This document shows, one piece after another, positions 9,584-19,318 of a stretch of 60,673 bases of DNA (within the stretch, counting starts at the first letter, position 1; the number at the start of each line of letters is the position of its first letter). A program made the position numbers and the translations under genes. Origin of the DNA: Gemmatimonadota bacterium (GTDB lineage: Bacteria; Gemmatimonadota; Gemmatimonadetes; Gemmatimonadales; GWC2-71-9); NCBI GenBank assembly GCA_039586365.1, contig JBDHKN010000015.1, positions 1 through 60,673 on the forward strand. Direction: 5' to 3'. The notes below the pieces were generated by a model, which was given only the letters and a program-made list of their open reading frames with translations, ran no database searches and had not been told where the DNA came from.

Positions 9584-11965
9584 ATGCAATTGATCAATGA
9601 AAGAAGACCGTCTCTGCTGGCGACGGTGATCTTCGCTGGCTCATTCTGGCTTGTGGGAGCCTCTCAGGCGTCCGCCCAGAGCAAACAACTAACCGTTGCG
9701 GACTACAACCGGGCAGCCCAACTCCTGACTTGGAATACCCGGGACCGGGTAGCCGGGGGACCCGTCCAACCGAACTGGATGGCAGGTGGAAGCAGGTTTT
9801 GGTATCGCAACAACTCGGGGGAAGGCTACGAGTTCTTGGTGGTTGACCCGGTGCGGAACAACCAGAGCCCACTGTTCGACCGTCACCGACTCGCAGCAGT
9901 CCTCTCACTGACCAGTGACACGACATTCGACGGGTTCAAGCTCCCGTTCAGCTCTTTCGAATTCGAGGGAGACGAATCGCACATCGCATTCAACGCAGTG
10001 AAGCAGCGTTTCGTTTGCGACATCGTGGCCTACTCCTGCGTGATGTCGGATACCCTCCCGGATGCCAGGCCGTTTGTGGTCTCGCCGGATTCAACCGTAG
10101 AGGTCTTCATGCAAGGCTACGACCTCTATCTGCGGCCTCACGGCGGTGGCGACACGGTCCGGTTGACCAATGATGGTGAAGAGTTCTTTGCCTATGGAGC
10201 CGGGGCACCGAGTCCCAGCCAAATTCGACGCAAGACACCACGGAGGCCCGACGTCAGCTGGGCTCCCGACTCTCGGCATCTCGCGGTTATGCGTCCGGAT
10301 GAGCGGGGTGTGGAAATGATGCACTACATCTCCTACACGCCCCAGAGACCGCAACACTACGCGCGACCTTATGCTCTTCCGGGGGACTCCGTTATCCCGC
10401 AGCCGATATTCCACGTGCTGCAAGTGCCTGAGGATATTGCGGCCGCCTCGGCCGAAGCAGACACCGCGGCTGCTCACGCGGTGAATAATGTGCAAGTGAA
10501 GTTGGCACCGGAGATGTGGCAGGCGGACTTCGGGGGAGCCGTCGCGGACTCGGTCTGGAGTGCAGACTCTCGGACGCTGTACGTCCACCATTTCACGCGA
10601 GGAGCCAAGAAGCTCATCCTCAACGCGGTCGACGCCGAGACGGGATCGTTCCGGGTCCTAGCAGGAGACAGCTCCAAGACCAACGTCATTGGCGTCAATT
10701 GGACCGATCCCAAGAGCTTCTACATCAGTACGGACCAGAACACGGTGATCTGGTGGTCTGAGCGGGATGGCTGGGCTCACCTCTACCGGCTCGACGGCAA
10801 CGGCAATCTCGTAAACCAGATCACGTCCGGTCCCTGGACGGTAGGTGCCCTGCTGCGAGTGGACGAAGCGCGCCAGCAGCTCTACTTCACGGGCAGAGGA
10901 CGGGAGCCGGACCGCCTGCTCTACTACGCCCATTTGTACCGGGTGAACTTCGACGGATCCGGTCTGACGCTGCTGACACCGGAAGACGCGAACCACGAGA
11001 TTTCCTTCTCTCCCAGCGGTGACTATTTCGTGGACGTCTACTCTCGCATCGAGACGCCACCCGTCTCGGTGTTGCGCTCTACCCGGGACGGTCGCGTGGT
11101 TCGGACGTTGCAGCAAGCCGACGTGTCTGAGCTCGAAGCCTTTGGGTGGCAGCCGGCGGAGGTCTTCAGGGTGAAGGGAAGGGATGGCATAACGGACATC
11201 TACGGTGTCGTGTATTTTCCGCCGAACCTGGATCCCACCGAGAAGTATCCAATCGTCGAGCACATATACCCCGGACCCTTTATCGGTAGCGTGGGAAGCT
11301 GGTCTTTCAAGGCGGGTGGGGAGCAGTTCGCTCTGGCTCAGCTCGGCTTCATCGTGGTGCAGATCGACCACATCGGATCGCACTATCGCTCCAAAGCCTT
11401 CCATGACAACTATTACGGGAACATGGGAGACAACGGCATCCCCGATCACGTCGTGGGAGTTCAACAGCTGGCCGCCCGCTATCCGTTCATTGACTTGAAC
11501 CGGGTCGGCATCTTCGGGCATTCAGGTGGTGGCTTCGCGTCTACGGACGCAATCCTGCGCTACCCGGACTTCTACAAGGTGGCGGTGTCGGGGGCTGGTA
11601 ATCACGACCAGCGAACCTACGGGATTCACTGGGGCCCTCTCTACCAGGGGCTATTCGTGAAGGACACTGTCAAGGGCAGTGACAACTACGAGAACCAAGC
11701 GAATCAGCTCATCGCAGGGAACCTCAAAGGGAGGCTCCTGCTGATGCACGGTGACATGGACGACAACGTGCACCCAGCGATGACGATCCAGGTCGTCAAC
11801 GAGCTGATCAAAGCCAACAAGGATTTTGACCTGATAATTGCGCCGGACCGGGCTCACGGTTTGAACGAACCGTATTTCATCCGCCGCCGGTGGGACTACT
11901 TCGTGCGCCACCTCATGGGGGCCGAACCCCCGAGAGAGTTCGAGATAACGAGGCCCGAAGGGTAG
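9584..11965 (+). CDS. S9 family dipeptidyl peptidase IV-like peptidase, secreted
   Basis: Signal peptide, DPP-IV propeller, GHSGGG nucleophile, HGDMDDNVH, AHG. Start moved to ATG 9584. Confidence 0.93.
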   Translation: MQLINERRPSLLATVIFAGSFWLVGASQASAQSKQLTVADYNRAAQLLTWNTRDRVAGGPVQPNWMAGGSRFWYRNNSGEGYEFLVVDPVRNNQSPLFDRHRLAAVLSLTSDTTFDGFKLPFSSFEFEGDESHIAFNAVKQRFVCDIVAYSCVMSDTLPDARPFVVSPDSTVEVFMQGYDLYLRPHGGGDTVRLTNDGEEFFAYGAGAPSPSQIRRKTPRRPDVSWAPDSRHLAVMRPDERGVEMMHYISYTPQRPQHYARPYALPGDSVIPQPIFHVLQVPEDIAAASAEADTAAAHAVNNVQVKLAPEMWQADFGGAVADSVWSADSRTLYVHHFTRGAKKLILNAVDAETGSFRVLAGDSSKTNVIGVNWTDPKSFYISTDQNTVIWWSERDGWAHLYRLDGNGNLVNQITSGPWTVGALLRVDEARQQLYFTGRGREPDRLLYYAHLYRVNFDGSGLTLLTPEDANHEISFSPSGDYFVDVYSRIETPPVSVLRSTRDGRVVRTLQQADVSELEAFGWQPAEVFRVKGRDGITDIYGVVYFPPNLDPTEKYPIVEHIYPGPFIGSVGSWSFKAGGEQFALAQLGFIVVQIDHIGSHYRSKAFHDNYYGNMGDNGIPDHVVGVQQLAARYPFIDLNRVGIFGHSGGGFASTDAILRYPDFYKVAVSGAGNHDQRTYGIHWGPLYQGLFVKDTVKGSDNYENQANQLIAGNLKGRLLLMHGDMDDNVHPAMTIQVVNELIKANKDFDLIIAPDRAHGLNEPYFIRRRWDYFVRHLMGAEPPREFEITRPEG

Positions 11966-12083
11966 CTGGCTTGACCGGGTTCGGGCCTTTGGGTGGAGAC
12001 AGGAGGTGCGTGTATTGAGTAGCTAGGTCGCCTTCGCAGTGATCTTACGGCGGCGCCAAGGGATGACTCTGTGAGCGCCTTGG

Positions 12084-12755
12084 CTACTTCTGGACACGAC
12101 TCTCCTCGAGCAGTCTCTGGGCACGCACTGGGTTATAGGCGCCACACGGGCAGAAGCGCGCCAAGGTCAGTGCTGCTTCGTGGGGGCTGCGCCGTCCCTC
12201 CCGAACCATGTCGAGCATCTTCTTGGCCATGTTGGAGGAAACCATGCCGTGACCACACATGGTAGAGAGCTGCAGTACTTGTCTACCTGACAGGTGGTCA
12301 TGGGGATCGGTGAAGCCAAGGGAATACTCCACACTGTGACGTTTGATGCCGCAAGCCCCTGCGACCTGCCTGGCGCCTTCCACGGAAGTGGCCACGTTGA
12401 TGGAGAGGCCAAGATCCGCCTCTACCAGATCGCGCAAGCACGCTGCTGCCTTTTCGCGGGAGTCGAAGACAGCCGCGGTCGTTGCGCGTCTGTGGACACC
12501 GGCGATGACGCTGTCATGATCCGCAGCCACTTGTCTCTTCCAATGAACTGACGGTTTGAGTTCGCTCGACGAACGGTAGCTGCTGAAATCCGAGTTGCCG
12601 ATGTTGACCGGATTGTGTTCGACACAGATTCTGAGGAAGGTTCGCAACTTCTCGACCGCGCCATCGTCGTTCTTACCCTTACAGGCAATAGCGAAGATGA
12701 TGTAATCGTCGCGAAAACTCTCGGCGCTACCATACCGGTGCAAGGTGTTGGTCAA
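12084..12755 (-). CDS. Conserved hypothetical Cys-motif protein, partner of adjacent ferredoxin-domain protein
   Basis: MTNTLHRYG start, STMCGHGMVS and CPCGAYNP motifs; 4-nt overlap with upstream gene. Confidence 0.75.
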   Translation of the reverse strand: MTNTLHRYGSAESFRDDYIIFAIACKGKNDDGAVEKLRTFLRICVEHNPVNIGNSDFSSYRSSSELKPSVHWKRQVAADHDSVIAGVHRRATTAAVFDSREKAAACLRDLVEADLGLSINVATSVEGARQVAGACGIKRHSVEYSLGFTDPHDHLSGRQVLQLSTMCGHGMVSSNMAKKMLDMVREGRRSPHEAALTLARFCPCGAYNPVRAQRLLEESRVQK

Positions 12756-13585
12756 AGCGCTACCTTCGCCGGTTGAGCGTTCGTGACACGACCCAGTCCC
12801 ATGTTTGTCTTGGCACGCTCAATGGAATAGCCCAGGTCAGCGAGAATCGGAGCCAACACTGCTTCGTTGCCGTCTGCATCGCACCGGGTGGAAACACCCA
12901 CAGACACAACGGTGTCGATCTGCTTTGATACTAGGGTGACAGTATCGAGCACTCGCTGTACCTGGTCCACCGCCGTCTTGATCTCCACTATGGCGGACAG
13001 GATCTTCTCGTTGAGGAGTTCCTCTTTCAGCCTGCCCGTAGCAGTGTCGGTCATGAGATACGTTATGGGGTTCTTGGTCTCGAACGCGACCCCCAATCCA
13101 GCCAGCGCCATCGTCATGGTCTGGATATGGTGGAACCTTACGCCGACGCCAGGCCGCCCAAACTCGATCACGTAACCCACCTCTCCGACGTCGACTCGGT
13201 TAGCGACGTCGTTGGTCTTGACCTCCTCTGTGCCGCGGCCGTGGATGCCCGTGGACGTGTGCTCGACCAGCGGGTCACTGAATACGCGGCGCACGATGCG
13301 GGGCCAGGGCAGCTCGTCCAAGACGAACGCAGCCGTGGGGCATACGTCCGGTTCCGGCTCGAAGCGAAACCGCAACAGCTTGGCAACCCGGCGCACCGCA
13401 CGGATCAGAGTCGGGTTCATGTGTTCCTGGCTCATGCCGCGGTAGCAGGTGCTGCACTCGACACACTCGTCGTAGTTGATTACAGCCCCGGCGATCGATG
13501 GATCAATGGAGATCGCCTCCATGGGACACACCGGTACACAGTTGGCGCAAGCGACACACTTTGCTGGATTGATCTGCACTACCAT
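12752..13585 (-). CDS. 4Fe-4S dicluster domain protein with uncharacterised C-terminal domain
   Basis: CVACANCVPVCP; CVECSTC...CP with a long insertion; GRGTEEVKTNDV; EFGRPGVG. Confidence 0.85.
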   Translation of the reverse strand: MVVQINPAKCVACANCVPVCPMEAISIDPSIAGAVINYDECVECSTCYRGMSQEHMNPTLIRAVRRVAKLLRFRFEPEPDVCPTAAFVLDELPWPRIVRRVFSDPLVEHTSTGIHGRGTEEVKTNDVANRVDVGEVGYVIEFGRPGVGVRFHHIQTMTMALAGLGVAFETKNPITYLMTDTATGRLKEELLNEKILSAIVEIKTAVDQVQRVLDTVTLVSKQIDTVVSVGVSTRCDADGNEAVLAPILADLGYSIERAKTNMGLGRVTNAQPAKVAL

Positions 13586-13590
13586 CCCCG

Positions 13591-13618
13591 TAAGCCCTTC
13601 GGCACAGCGAAGGGCTTA
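13591..13618. promoter_or_regulatory. Perfect 11-bp hairpin immediately upstream of the ferredoxin gene start
   Basis: TAAGCCCTTCG-gcacag-CGAAGGGCTTA, 5 nt from the minus-strand ATG at 13585; no U-tract. Confidence 0.45.
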
Positions 13619-13668
13619 ACTGAGTGATTTGTCTGACACTGTTTGGCCGCGACCCCGGCCAGGCTCGG

Positions 13669-16032
13669 TTAGCGGGGTCGAGCTTCTACATACTCCACGA
13701 TCGCTCTGAACTGGCTCTCACCGTCGAGGCCAGCCTCTTTGAGCACCATCTCACCCGGCCCGCTCCCCAGGAAACGCCCCTTCTGGAACGGATGGAGCGT
13801 CTTCTCAAGGCCGAAATCGGATCGTATCCACTTGTACATCGTGGGCAACGTGAACCCGGTGATGCCCATGGCCTCTTGGGCGAGTCGGTCCGGATAGATT
13901 CGTTCCTGCTCGCTGACCGGGAGCAGATCGAACAGCTCTGTGCTCGCGACATAGTAAACGTCGAGATCGACTCCCTGTTTCTCCAACAACGGTAGCGCGG
14001 TCTCAACGAAAGCGTAGGTCACCTCACTTCCCTGCAGCACCAGGGTTCCGTCGCTCGTTCCGGCGGCTTTACGCAGAGCATATACGCCACTTGCTGCGCT
14101 GCTGGGGTGGGCGAGTCCCAAGGCCTCTCGGTCGATGACCGTCTCATTGGGTCGGGTCACGAATGGCGCGATCACCGCTGGTCGCTGCGCTAGCGCAGCC
14201 ACCACGAGAGACCAGGTCTCCTGGGGATCCCAGGGGGTCAGGGTGACCATGGTACCGCGGGGGAAGTTCTCTTGCAGTAACTGCAGTGGCTGCGGATCGG
14301 CGTGGGTGGGTCCGTCTTCACCGGTCTTGAGGCCCGCATGGGCGCAGATGAGGAAGTACGGCTTGTACGGGCCCTGCTCGATTTCCTGCCGCGCTTGGTT
14401 GCCGATGCCGTGAAGTCTCGCGGCGATATGGCCAAGGGCGGCAATGAAGGCTCCATAGGAAGAGCCGGCTCCGATGTGACACCCGTAAGTCGACAGGCCT
14501 GAGAGGATGCCATTCATGGCGTCCTCGCAAATGCCTCCAATCGAAAGAAGCCGGGCGTCGGGGTTGGTGTTCGCGTTGTAGTAGCCTTCGGGAAATCCCT
14601 TCGCTGCCATGTTTATGCTGGTCGAACCCAGCAGATCAGCCGCGGCGGCCAAGATCGTTCCGTTTGAGGCTCTGTTGAGGTAACCCAGTGTCTCACCGAG
14701 AGCACCGCGTAGCGTCGTCTTGGAACCCACCTCGAGCACCAGCTCGTCCGGGATTGTGTTCCCTGTCCGTTCCACAGTGGAGTAGAGTGCTGCGATGTTA
14801 GGGGCGTTGCTGCGGGGTCTCCTCGCAGCCTTGTTGAGGCGCTCGCGGGCGCCGATCAGCCGCTGTGCCAGCGCATCCACCATAGGCCAGTCATCCTCCA
14901 GCCGACGGCGGATGACTTGCAGTGCCTCCCAGAAGCACTCTTCGACCACCGCTTTGTCGGAGCCCCCGTCACAGCGTTGCTCGCGCTCTTCACATACCGG
15001 TAGGGAACCGTCTAGCTGATCCATGAACGGGGCAACTGTTTCGTAGAAGCCTGCGCTGCAGAGCTTGTGTCCCGCGCCGTGCGAGGCTCTGCCTTCGATC
15101 CCGTACTGCCAGCCCTTGGTCGTGCGGTACACGATTGCCGTCGGCTGACCGTTGCCGAATTCCGTTGCCGTCCGCTGTGCAGCGATGATCTGCTGGAAGT
15201 CAGTGCCATCGGGCACACTGATCACGTTCCAGTCATGCAGGTAGGCGAGTTCTTGGGGAGTCCACTGGACGTACTCCCCTGGATTCCCGTCTTCGCGGCA
15301 CACCCGGTTCGAGTCGATCGAAGCCTGGTTCCAGTCGATGTGGAGGATGACGTTGTCAATCGACGAAGTCCCCGTGGCAGCCAGGGCCTCATACACGCGT
15401 CCCGGGGTCAAGCCACCCTCACCTTCGACTACGTGTACTCGTGGTGCGTTCTTGCCGTAGTAGTCGCGGGCGCCGAAGGCTAGACCGAATGACGACGCTA
15501 CGCCCACTCCCGAGGCGCCGGTCGAAAGACGAACAAACGGCGTCGCTGGAGTGGGGTGACCGTCCAGAGGCTTCGAGCCGAAGCGCTTGAACAGAGGCGT
15601 CTCAGTCGTCGGATTCCGGCGAAATCCGAGCAGGTCCTCCAGCCGCAACTGCAGCCGGACATCCTCCGGCAGCAGATCTGGGGCTGCGATGCTCAGGACC
15701 TCGTTCCTAAGTGCCCACATGGCGTACAATCCGAGTGCCTTGTGACCGGCGGCATAGGAGATGATGTCGGCGTCATGCCTGTCGGGGTCAGAGACGTCGT
15801 AATCCATGGCGTCATAGATGATCCCCTCGACGAACCGGCCGGATGAAACCGATCCGCCCGGGTGCCCGGACATCGGAACGTAGTTGTAGAGTATGGCGCA
15901 GAGAGTGCGGTAGGTGAGATCGAACTGTTCAAAGACCGCAAGCTCGTCGGAGGCAAGAGGTGCATCACCCTGTTCTATCTCCTCGGAGATGTCGAGGTAG
16001 ACTGCCCGCCTCGGTCCGAGTGTGAAGGTCAT
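13669..16032 (-). CDS. tkt: Transketolase-like ThDP enzyme (long, atypical)
   Basis: SGHPGGS, AGHKA, LDGHP, STGASGVG, GEG..N ThDP motif, ADLLGST, GICEDAM, GEDGPTH; GAAAGGA RBS. Confidence 0.8.
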   Translation of the reverse strand: MTFTLGPRRAVYLDISEEIEQGDAPLASDELAVFEQFDLTYRTLCAILYNYVPMSGHPGGSVSSGRFVEGIIYDAMDYDVSDPDRHDADIISYAAGHKALGLYAMWALRNEVLSIAAPDLLPEDVRLQLRLEDLLGFRRNPTTETPLFKRFGSKPLDGHPTPATPFVRLSTGASGVGVASSFGLAFGARDYYGKNAPRVHVVEGEGGLTPGRVYEALAATGTSSIDNVILHIDWNQASIDSNRVCREDGNPGEYVQWTPQELAYLHDWNVISVPDGTDFQQIIAAQRTATEFGNGQPTAIVYRTTKGWQYGIEGRASHGAGHKLCSAGFYETVAPFMDQLDGSLPVCEEREQRCDGGSDKAVVEECFWEALQVIRRRLEDDWPMVDALAQRLIGARERLNKAARRPRSNAPNIAALYSTVERTGNTIPDELVLEVGSKTTLRGALGETLGYLNRASNGTILAAAADLLGSTSINMAAKGFPEGYYNANTNPDARLLSIGGICEDAMNGILSGLSTYGCHIGAGSSYGAFIAALGHIAARLHGIGNQARQEIEQGPYKPYFLICAHAGLKTGEDGPTHADPQPLQLLQENFPRGTMVTLTPWDPQETWSLVVAALAQRPAVIAPFVTRPNETVIDREALGLAHPSSAASGVYALRKAAGTSDGTLVLQGSEVTYAFVETALPLLEKQGVDLDVYYVASTELFDLLPVSEQERIYPDRLAQEAMGITGFTLPTMYKWIRSDFGLEKTLHPFQKGRFLGSGPGEMVLKEAGLDGESQFRAIVEYVEARPR

Positions 16033-16136
16033 GAGTCATTCCTTTCTATGGCTGTCCATACGCACGAGCCGAGCTGGCGGATCGTCTCCTTTGTATCTCT
16101 GGAGCGCTCACGCCAGCTCGATCTCAGACGGTGTAA

Positions 16137-17435
16137 TTAGAACAACGGGTCTCCGCTCTTCATGTAAGCCGCAAAGCCCTCCTTGTCGCGCGCTGCCCGA
16201 GCGATGAGCTCCAGCCCGTCTCTCAGGTCGTCAATTCCGGTGGCAATTGAGAGGCGCAAGAAATGCTTACCCTCCGCACCGACGCTCCCGAACGACCTGC
16301 GGTCCATGGTCGCGACGTGGTACCTGAACAGCAGGAACATCTGGAACAGCGTCGACGGGCTGGTCTTCTCCCGCACGTCTGCGGGGAGCTTCTGGTAGGC
16401 TTGGACTGCTCCCACCATCTCGCATGCGCCAGCGATGTTCGGGAACACGTAGAACGCGCCTTTGGGATTCTGACAGGTGATGCCTTCGATGGCATTCAGT
16501 CCTTGTACCACCAGGTCCCTGCGCTCCTGGAAGGCTGAGACCATCTTCTGGATTTCTGGTGGGCTCTCCGGGGACTCGATTGCCAGCTTCACGCCCATCT
16601 GGTTGTAAGCAGCAGTGCACGAGAAGTAGTTGATGTTGAGGTTCTTCATGACCGCGGCCTCTTCCACGGTCGGGAACACCGCCCAGCCGATCCGGCCACC
16701 GGTCCACGAGTACGATTTGGACGCACCCGAGACGAGGATGGTCCGTTCGGCCATGCCCTGGAAAGAGGCTATGGAAACGTGCTCGCTCCCGTCAAACAGG
16801 ATGTTCTCGTATACCTCGTCCGAGTAGACTCGACAGTGCTCGGGAGCCTTCTCCCTGATCGCGGCAGCGATGCCCTCGAGCTGGTCTCTCGTGGCTACCC
16901 CGCCCGTGGGATTGGAGGGGAAACAGATGAAGATGAGACGGGTGCGATCGGTGATCAGCCTCCCCAGGTCGTCACCCGTGAAGGCAAACCCCTCTTCCTC
17001 TTCGAGGTGAAGGGGAACTGGCTTGGCGCCCACATAGCCGATGAAAGACTCGTAAATGGGGAAGCCAGGGCTGGGATAGATGATCTCGTCGCCGGGATTG
17101 CAGTAAGTCTGTTGGCAGAAACCGATCGGCGGCTTGGCGCCCGGGAACACGACCACCCTGTCAGGCGTCAGTGTCAGTCCGCGGGCCGCTCCCATGTAGG
17201 TTGCGATCGCTTCCCTGAGTGGAAGGATCCCCTGCGGATCACAGTAATGGGTGAGATCGTTGTCGATCTGGCGCTTGACCTCGGCCGCGATGTGCTTTGG
17301 CAGAGCGAAGTCGGGCTCTCCCAGGTTGCACTTGATCACCTTGTGTCCTGCTTTTTCAATCCGGGCAATGTAGGGACCGACCTTGAATGCGTTCTCTGTG
17401 TCGATCAATGCGGTCCGATCCGAAAAGAGGCTCAT
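16137..17435 (-). CDS. Class I/II PLP aminotransferase (aspartate aminotransferase-like)
   Basis: NLGEPDF, PSNPTG, SDEVY, SKSYSWTGGRIG, PKGAFYVFP. Start reassigned to MSLFSDR at 17435. Confidence 0.92.
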   Translation of the reverse strand: MSLFSDRTALIDTENAFKVGPYIARIEKAGHKVIKCNLGEPDFALPKHIAAEVKRQIDNDLTHYCDPQGILPLREAIATYMGAARGLTLTPDRVVVFPGAKPPIGFCQQTYCNPGDEIIYPSPGFPIYESFIGYVGAKPVPLHLEEEEGFAFTGDDLGRLITDRTRLIFICFPSNPTGGVATRDQLEGIAAAIREKAPEHCRVYSDEVYENILFDGSEHVSIASFQGMAERTILVSGASKSYSWTGGRIGWAVFPTVEEAAVMKNLNINYFSCTAAYNQMGVKLAIESPESPPEIQKMVSAFQERRDLVVQGLNAIEGITCQNPKGAFYVFPNIAGACEMVGAVQAYQKLPADVREKTSPSTLFQMFLLFRYHVATMDRRSFGSVGAEGKHFLRLSIATGIDDLRDGLELIARAARDKEGFAAYMKSGDPLF

Positions 17436-17743
17436 TGTGCTTGTCTCCGTGGGGAAGTCGGGCATAACGGTGATGTCCAGAATAACCTGGGGACGGGCCG
17501 GAGGGCAGGAGTCCCGGGTCCCGAGAATCCACAACTGCTTGATATCATCACGATCATCTCACCGGCCACCCTCTCGGGACGACTCTATTGAGATGGAATT
17601 TCGGTCACATCTTGCGAGGTGACAAGGTGCAGCGTGGTGTAACGGCTGACAGACCACTTCTCCTCCGCAGTGATCTTGTTAGAACTGCACTTTCTCATCC
17701 GTTTACCGGGTATGATTACAGAGGTGGCTGATTGGGGGAGGCT

Positions 17744-19051
17744 ATGAGGCTACTCCGCAGTCTGGCTGGCTTGGTGGCAGTCGCGCGTCAGGGCAGATTC
17801 CTCGCGCTGACGACCGTCAGCTCCGTTCTGCTGACGGGCTGTGGTGAATCAGCGCCGACCGTTCAGTTGCTCACCAATTTTGAGGGTGCCTCGCTGGGAT
17901 CTCACGTCCGGACCGGCGATTGGGCATTCGACCTCACGATCGGCCACGACTCCAATTCCGATTTCCTACGCTGGTATTCATTTCGCATCGCAACGGCAGA
18001 GCTCGCCCCGTTCACATTCCACATAATCAATGCTGGTCAGACCAGTGCGGCCGCCGCTTGGCCCTTCAACCAGCCGGTCGTGAGTCAGGATGGGGGGGCC
18101 ACGTGGCAACGAATTGCGGACGTAGGGTATGACGGACAGGTGTTCACGTTCAGGTACACACCGGTCAGTGCATCGGGTTGGATAGCCTATAGCCCGGTCT
18201 ACAACTACTCACGCTGGACGGGATTGGTCGCTGAGATCAACGATCACCCAAGAGTCAGATCCGTCGCTGTGATAGCCAACAGTCTCGCTGGGAATCCGAT
18301 TCACCTCGTCGAAGTCACGGACCCCACAGTCCCGGCTCTGGACAAGTCTGCAATCTGGGTCACGGCCAGACAGCATCCGGCTGAAGCTGGCGGATCCTGG
18401 ATGGCCGAAGGCATGCTCGATTGGATTCTGAGCGAACAACCGGCCGCCAGGGAACTGCTCCGAAGCGCGGTCGTGTATCTCGTGCCGTTCATGAATCCCG
18501 ACGGCGTGCTGTTGGGGAACTACCGAGTCAACCGGGTTGGTGTCAATCTCAACCGCGTGTGGAACGACGCCGATCCGAGCTATGCCCCTTCGGTGGCTGC
18601 AGTGGTTCGGGAGATGGAGAGCTTCGTGGCCGACGGCGGCAACATAGCGATCTTTGTCGACTTCCACACCCACTCAAGCGAACGCAAGAACTTCTTGATC
18701 TACAACGGCGCGGACATCACCAGCCCCCAAATGGGAGCCGAGATCGAGGCGTTCACGGCGGTGTTGAACCGCATCAACCCCGATTTCACCGCAGCAGGCT
18801 CGGAGCAGGGGGGCATCGACACCCGGCTCGCCAGGGCGTGGGCATATCAGGCGCTGGGTATCCATGCGGTCACCTGCGAAGGTTCCTACCAGGATGTCGA
18901 CCACGGACCCGGTGCAGGCCACTACATGACCGTCGATAGGTACCTTGACCTCGGTGCAGCGTTTGGAAAGGCAGTTGCAGAGTTCTTCTTCGGCATCTCT
19001 GAAGGGGACGGCCTGGCTCTGCATCGTTGGGCTGCAATTACCGAGGGTTGA
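17744..19051 (+). CDS. M14 zinc carboxypeptidase (CCP/Nna1-like), probable lipoprotein
   Basis: NFEG...WYSF N-terminal domain, ARQHPAE, NPDG, NLNR, DFHTH; lipobox LLTGC. Confidence 0.85.
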   Translation: MRLLRSLAGLVAVARQGRFLALTTVSSVLLTGCGESAPTVQLLTNFEGASLGSHVRTGDWAFDLTIGHDSNSDFLRWYSFRIATAELAPFTFHIINAGQTSAAAAWPFNQPVVSQDGGATWQRIADVGYDGQVFTFRYTPVSASGWIAYSPVYNYSRWTGLVAEINDHPRVRSVAVIANSLAGNPIHLVEVTDPTVPALDKSAIWVTARQHPAEAGGSWMAEGMLDWILSEQPAARELLRSAVVYLVPFMNPDGVLLGNYRVNRVGVNLNRVWNDADPSYAPSVAAVVREMESFVADGGNIAIFVDFHTHSSERKNFLIYNGADITSPQMGAEIEAFTAVLNRINPDFTAAGSEQGGIDTRLARAWAYQALGIHAVTCEGSYQDVDHGPGAGHYMTVDRYLDLGAAFGKAVAEFFFGISEGDGLALHRWAAITEG

Positions 19052-19318
19052 GCAGAGACGTTTGGGGGGATGGGACGGCGGGTGCGAGCAGTGGTCGACC
19101 CGCTTTGGCCACGCAACTCCCGAGAACGTTGTTGGTTGCCATAGTTCTATACGGCAGTGCGGCCCGTGGATGGTGAAGCGATGCGATCCCGTCACCATGT
19201 GGCGGGGTCGTTGTGTTTGTGGCAACTTCTGTCGGTCGGCAGCGGTGTTGTTGAGTGTACCGCCCGGGGGGACCCAACAGTTGCTCGACCACAGTCTCGT
19301 CTGGGGGAGGGAAACTCC

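Noticed and set aside
19157..19318. Long N-terminal extensions in the ORF track (also at 8476, 17534, 22297, 24047, 45034, 53419, 59085)
   Set aside because: Downstream starts have better RBS, signal peptide or family N-terminus agreement.
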